DNA of 57,319 nt from contig MQRK01179919.1 of the NCBI GenBank assembly GCA_001938485.1, positions 15,749-73,067 of the forward strand. Direction: 5' to 3'. The stretch comes from Girardia tigrina (lineage: Eukaryota). How positions within the stretch are numbered: position 1 is the first letter of the stretch; the number at the start of each line of letters is the position of its first letter. Shown here piece after piece: positions 52,500-57,319 of the stretch. The position numbers and the translations under genes are program-made. The notes under the pieces are model-generated. The model saw only the letters and a program-made list of their open reading frames with translations, was not told where the DNA came from and did not search any database.

Positions 52500-53157
52500 G
52501 TTTTTACTTATTTTACGTTGATATTTATAGAGCTTGGTTAACGCAAGTGCGTATTTTTGATGTTTTCTAACTGCAGACAATAATTTTATTCCACGATGCT
52601 CTTACATGTCATTTGTGATATGTTGCATCGAGTGTGGCAGGACTTTGCAATCAGAGTGTCACTCCGGCACGTCAGCGATTATTCATTATGAATAATTGCA
52701 TGATTCTATTTTTGAAACTCGCGGTTGACTCATGGTAAGTTTTAATTAAAAGCTTTTATATTTTAATTGATTTCTTCAATATTTTATGGGTCAATAACTT
52801 TGTCCAGGATGGGCGGGCTCTCAAACAAGTTGAAGATACAGGTGGCTATCGATAAGATCTTCATGGAGAGGGTCGGACGACTCGCTATGACATCAGGTAA
52901 GTTCTAAAAACGCCTCTCGGCTTGAATGACTTCTACGTATCATTTAGTGCATGCAGGACATCAGAGTAATCAACGAAGGACAAGAGCAGCTTGCAGAGGT
53001 GTCGAGACGACTAATGTGGACAGTACTCTATGAAACTCCGGATTTTTTTATGAAATTTGAATATATGTATTAAACGAGGACGATTTTCCTTCTTTTTATT
53101 ATTTGTTTTATTATTCATGAAGCAAGTTTTTATAAGATGTAAGTGTCGACCGCAACA
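52500..53157 (+). mobile_element. Degenerate multi-exon gene/LTR-like element (copy C)
   Basis: LFLKLAVDS exon, a ~54-nt GTAAGT intron from 52735, exon ..IDKIFMERVGRLAMTSG, and an end in CGACCGCAACA like copy A. Confidence 0.6.
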
Positions 53158-54099
53158 GATATATATTTTAAAAAATTCCAAAGATCTTTTATGTTTTAAT
53201 TTTGTTGAGGTTATAAAATAAAAAAGTATGAGTTTTAAAAGTATGAGGGGTTTATTTACATCTGTTTTATTTTAATGTTAATATGCTTATTAAATATTTT
53301 AAAATTAAAAATGATTTAATAAAAGAAAGTCATAAAATAAATAAATATCTATTTAAAAATAAAAAATACCTTTTTAATATATTTATTATAAATAAAAATA
53401 TTTTTCAGTCATAACAATTTATATATTTTAATAGAAGTTATGAAACAATTTTAAATAAATTCTAAAATAAAATTTTGGTTTTAATGTCAAAATTATTTAA
53501 TGAATTTGCAAGATTTTAAAAATTGAATCGAAAATATTTAATGGATTAATTTGTGGTGAGATAATTAAATTAACAGAAAAATTTGTTTAAATATGTGAAT
53601 TGTTGTTATATTAATAAATTTTGGTGTTAAAAAATGAATCCTGATATTGATGTTGCAACCACTTCTAACAAAAAGTATTAATTGTTTTAATTAATAGATA
53701 AAATAAGATATTATTTATTTGTTTACTGTAATAAATATAAATTACATATGTAGCATTTGTCTAAAAAGTTTGTTTGTTTGTCAGTCATGCTTTTCAATGT
53801 GAAATTGTGGAAGAACCAAAGTAAATTCATTTAAGATCGTGGTCAATCTGGATATCCCGTATCAATACAATTTTGTCGGTACAGCGCCTTCGCCTAAAGA
53901 CACCTGGAAGGCGATAAAAGAGATCGAAAACCATACAAGTCGTTAAATGGTTAAATTAACACCGATTTCACAAGGTGCCAACATTGTTATTAGGTGGGGC
54001 CTATTTTGAATATTATCATTAATTTTATTTAATTAATTTAAATTATTTCCTAACGAATCTTGAGGAACATAAGCGGGGACCGATATCGCTATTAGAGTT

Positions 54100-54665
54100 C
54101 TCCAGAATCGAAACCGGTACTTCCGCTTCTCCGTACCGATAAACATTTATATTAAATATAGTTAATAAATTTTTATTGTTGTTATTATGAGTTTTTATTT
54201 TCTTCTATTAATAACTTATAGATGAATACAAAGATTTACTAATAAATATGGCTACAGTCGCTGCCGGCAACAAGAACTGTCCGTCAACGGATTTATGCAT
54301 ATGGAAATATTTCTCCAAACACGTTATGCTACTACCTGCAATAACGTATGTGACAAATTCGAAATTAAGCATTGCAGTATAGTAGAAACAGAGAGCATCC
54401 AAAGGCAGATCGACTACTGCCAGAAAACTGACACCCGTGTCGAAGGGGGTTACATAATTAAACATGGATCAAGGTTAACATATATTCATATCAATAATTT
54501 TATATTTTTATTTCTAGAGGAAGAATAAAATAAAGTGAAGAATTTTATGTTAGATTTTTAAATTTTAACTCAGTGACTGAAAGAATGGCGTTACTTAAAT
54601 CCGAACGCCCACATAAATATATCAAATTCAAATCAAAGTGCGAAAGCACTCTCAGAAAAAAATTA
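54100..54665 (+). pseudogene. rep: CRESS-DNA-virus/Replitron-like HUH Rep remnant with intron(s)
   Basis: Candidate motif I RNRYFRFSV; motif II region (AG)QQELSVNGFMHMEIFLQ after one frameshift near 54267; motif III IDYCQKTDTRVEGG. Removing a 44-nt GT..AG intron (54474-54517) continues the frame with GRIK*SEEFY..LKSERPHKYIKFK, which resembles the oligomerisation domain. No helicase motif seen. Confidence 0.75.
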
Positions 54666-55023
54666 GGGATGCCGACACGGCCTAAATATACTTGGGGGTG
54701 AAAAGCCCCTTTCAAAAAATTTTACTATAACAACGAGAACGGAGAGAGAGAGATGTGAACTCTTATTTTCGTCGGACCATCAGGAATTGACAAAACGAAC
54801 TTTGTGTTATGCCATTTTGAGAACTCCCTTCATATAACGGGGAGACAAAAACTTAAGATCAATTAGGTGCAGAACATCTTTGACTGTGCCATCGAGGGGG
54901 AGGTAGATGTTAAGTACGGCGCCTCACACATTCCATGTGAGACACTCCGAATAATATGCACCAATGAAATAGACTATTTCATTAATCCGCATTGACCGAA
55001 AAACAAGCTGAATGCTATTTACC

Positions 55024-55061
55024 GCAGAGTAGCTGTTGTGGCAGCAGCGCAGTGGAAGCGT
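55024..55061 (+). pseudogene. Possible 5' fragment of initiator tRNA-Met
   Basis: GCAGAGTAGC and AGCGCAGTGGAAGCGT match the 5' acceptor strand and D-arm of eukaryotic tRNAiMet, separated by a short insert. The rest is absent. Confidence 0.3.
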
Positions 55062-55657
55062 CTTTTTTTACTTGGCGTTAAATGGGGGAGAGGATGTTTA
55101 TTAAAATTATTATTGTCATTTTTTATTATTATTTTTATTCAAATATAAATACATATATAACATACAGTGTCTCCGCGTAATCATCACATCGTCTTTTCGC
55201 CCCTCATGTGACAGCGCAGCATGTTTTTTTGATTTTAGAATTCTCCAGTAGATCATTGATCGTCTGCACACATGTGTTGCGATTATCAATCACCCACAAG
55301 CAATCGATAATTTTCTCCCTAAGGAGGGCGGGTCTCCATTTATAGAAAACATTTTGCGATAATGTCTCGAGTTTTTCGGGTTTTATCTCACTCATTTTCG
55401 TGAATTTCTGATAGAGATGGGGAAATTATTTTGTATTCTTTAACCATATTTTTTCATTATTTGTTGATAAAATTCGAAGTTTCAATTTTTAATGATAATT
55501 GAAAACTCCAATCAATAATATTTCATTTTTCAAAAAAATTCTGCGAAGTTACCGCAAATCGACGTTCAAATATTTAAACAAAACTAACTCTTAACATAAA
55601 TTCTATATAACATAATAGAATTAATAATATATTAACATAATTCTATATATATATATA

Positions 55658-56686
55658 CAGTGCTGGAAAAAAGTATTTTGACAGTGCACTTTTTTGCGAT
55701 TTTTAGTGAAAATATATTACCAAAAACAGTTTTTCAACCTGATTTTTAATACAACCTAATAAAAGTATATTTTATCTATTTTAAGTAAAGAATTAATAGA
55801 GTGAGACTATTTGAAGGATATTATGTAAGCACTTATAATGCTTACGTAATAATATGTATGCATGGCCATGTATACACATGTGAATATGCTCTTATATGTA
55901 CAGTGCATGCAAAATAAGCTGCGTCACTAGTATTGCATATGATGCATTATCCTTCTTTCTTCCTTCATAAACCAATCAAATCACGATTTTTTTGTTATGC
56001 CTGGAAAACAAGTTGACCAAGAGATTCGAAGTGCCTTACACTGCAATACAAGTCTGTCAACAAGAGAAATTGCGGCTCAATATGGAATTTCCTATCAATC
56101 TGTTGCCAATATAATCATAAGATATGAATCCAAAGGTAATACTTCAATTAAAACAAGATCAGGCAGGCCGAAAGCAACCACACCCTGAGTTGATGCACTA
56201 ATAAGAAGGCTAGCAGGGAAGAATCCCTTCCATTACTTCTGCCCAAATCAAGCGCAATCTGGCAGTGCAGTACAGCAATGTTACTACACGTACAATAAGA
56301 AATCGCCTGTGCAAGGATTTCAAAATTCCAGCCCGTAAAGCTGTGAAAAAACAAATCATTACAAGTGCAATGAGAAAGAAGCGATTACAATTTTGTGAAA
56401 AATACAAGAATTATACGATTCAACTGTGGAAAAAGGTCATGTTCAGTGAGGAAAGCTCATCCCAAATCAACAATTGCCCCAAACAGACAGTTTGAAGACC
56501 AGTTGGCTCATCACCGGTGAACCCAAGGTACACAAAGAAGACTAGAAAGCATCCAACTTCTGTCATGGTTTTGGACTGTTTTTCCCACAATGGTCGAGAG
56601 GAGCTTACACTTCTCAATTCAAACCAAAGACTCAATACCGATGGTTATATCAAGATTTTAGAAGAGAAGTTGACTCATTTTATGTG
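55658..56686 (+). mobile_element. Tc1-like element, left TIR plus truncated transposase
   Basis: TA|CAGTGCTGGAAAAAAGTATT terminus. The ORF from 55997 has STREIAAQYGIS..RSGRPKATT, TIRNRL..ARKAVKK..RKKRLQFC..WKKVMFSEES and KHPTSVMV. It is cut off at about 56686. Confidence 0.95.
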
Positions 56687-56851
56687 AGTAGGGAGAAAAT
56701 GGGCATTCGGTCTACATACCCCCTTTTTTGGCCTTAGGACGCCATGGCGCCCTAATAGACGAGCCATAGCTCGTCTAGGCCAAAAAATCTCCCCTCACAC
56801 ACCCCACTAAAAATTATTTTAAATCGAAGGCCAAGCAGGTTTTGTACTTTT

Positions 56852-56985
56852 NNNNNNNNNNNNNNNNNNNNNNNNNNNNNNNNNNNNNNNNNNNNNNNNN
56901 NNNNNNNNNNNNNNNNNNNNNNNNNNNNNNNNNNNNNNNNNNNNNNNNNNNNNNNNNNNNNNNNNNNNNNNNNNNNNNNNNNNNN
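56852..56985. other. Assembly gap
   Basis: Run of N. Confidence 1.
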
Positions 56986-57094
56986 GTGGGGAGTGGGGAG
57001 TGATTATATATTATTTTTACTTATATATAAGAAGTAATAAAGGGGGTAATATTAGTTATATATTATCATTATATATTATCTCCCCACTCCCCAC
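56986..57094. repeat. Perfect 15-bp GC-rich inverted repeat around a 79-bp AT-rich spacer
   Basis: GTGGGGAGTGGGGAG (56986-57000) and CTCCCCACTCCCCAC (57080-57094). Confidence 0.9.
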
Positions 57095-57319
57095 CTATAT
57101 TAATCTCGGCCCCGATCGATATATCGATTTTTTATTGATTCTTTGTTATTAATGAATTTTTTAATTTTAAAAAATTTTTTTTTAAATTTTTTTATATGTC
57201 TTTTTATGGTTTTTATAGTGTCTGGTGACACTCGGTTGTTTTTGTGTTATGTCTTTATATAGGCAGTGGGGAATCACCCATACGTTGCTGGGTGGGTTAT
57301 GTTTCTGGGTTATTATAGC

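Noticed and set aside
1-57319. Alternative genetic code to explain in-frame stops
   Set aside because: All three stop codons and frameshifts disrupt the relics, which fits ordinary decay.

Overview
AT-rich eukaryotic genomic window with two assembly gaps and no intact host gene that I can support. It is mostly a nest of dead mobile elements: hAT transposase relics (one 11.1-kb copy retains both TIRs and a near-perfect 8-bp TSD), two mariner elements with TIRs, Tc1 and IS630-like relics, Gypsy gag and integrase fragments, solo LTRs with TSDs, two tail-to-tail Penelope-like 3' ends with a minimal hammerhead ribozyme, and a Polinton/adintovirus-like remnant. Between them lie mosaics of host gene pieces (EF-hand+VAP/MSP, cyclophilin H+PP1-type phosphatase, ALG1 N-terminus) with traces of 21-24-nt introns, which suggests a divergent, short-intron eukaryote such as a reduced parasite (inference only). 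The most unusual signals are: (1) an intron-containing CRESS-virus/Replitron-like HUH Rep relic near 54.1-54.7 kb; (2) an unrecognised multi-exon gene family present in at least three diverged copies in LTR-like elements; (3) short locally templated insertions that overwrite transposase sequence, which together with the gene mosaics point to template-switching DNA repair. All family assignments come from manual motif recognition; no database search was run.
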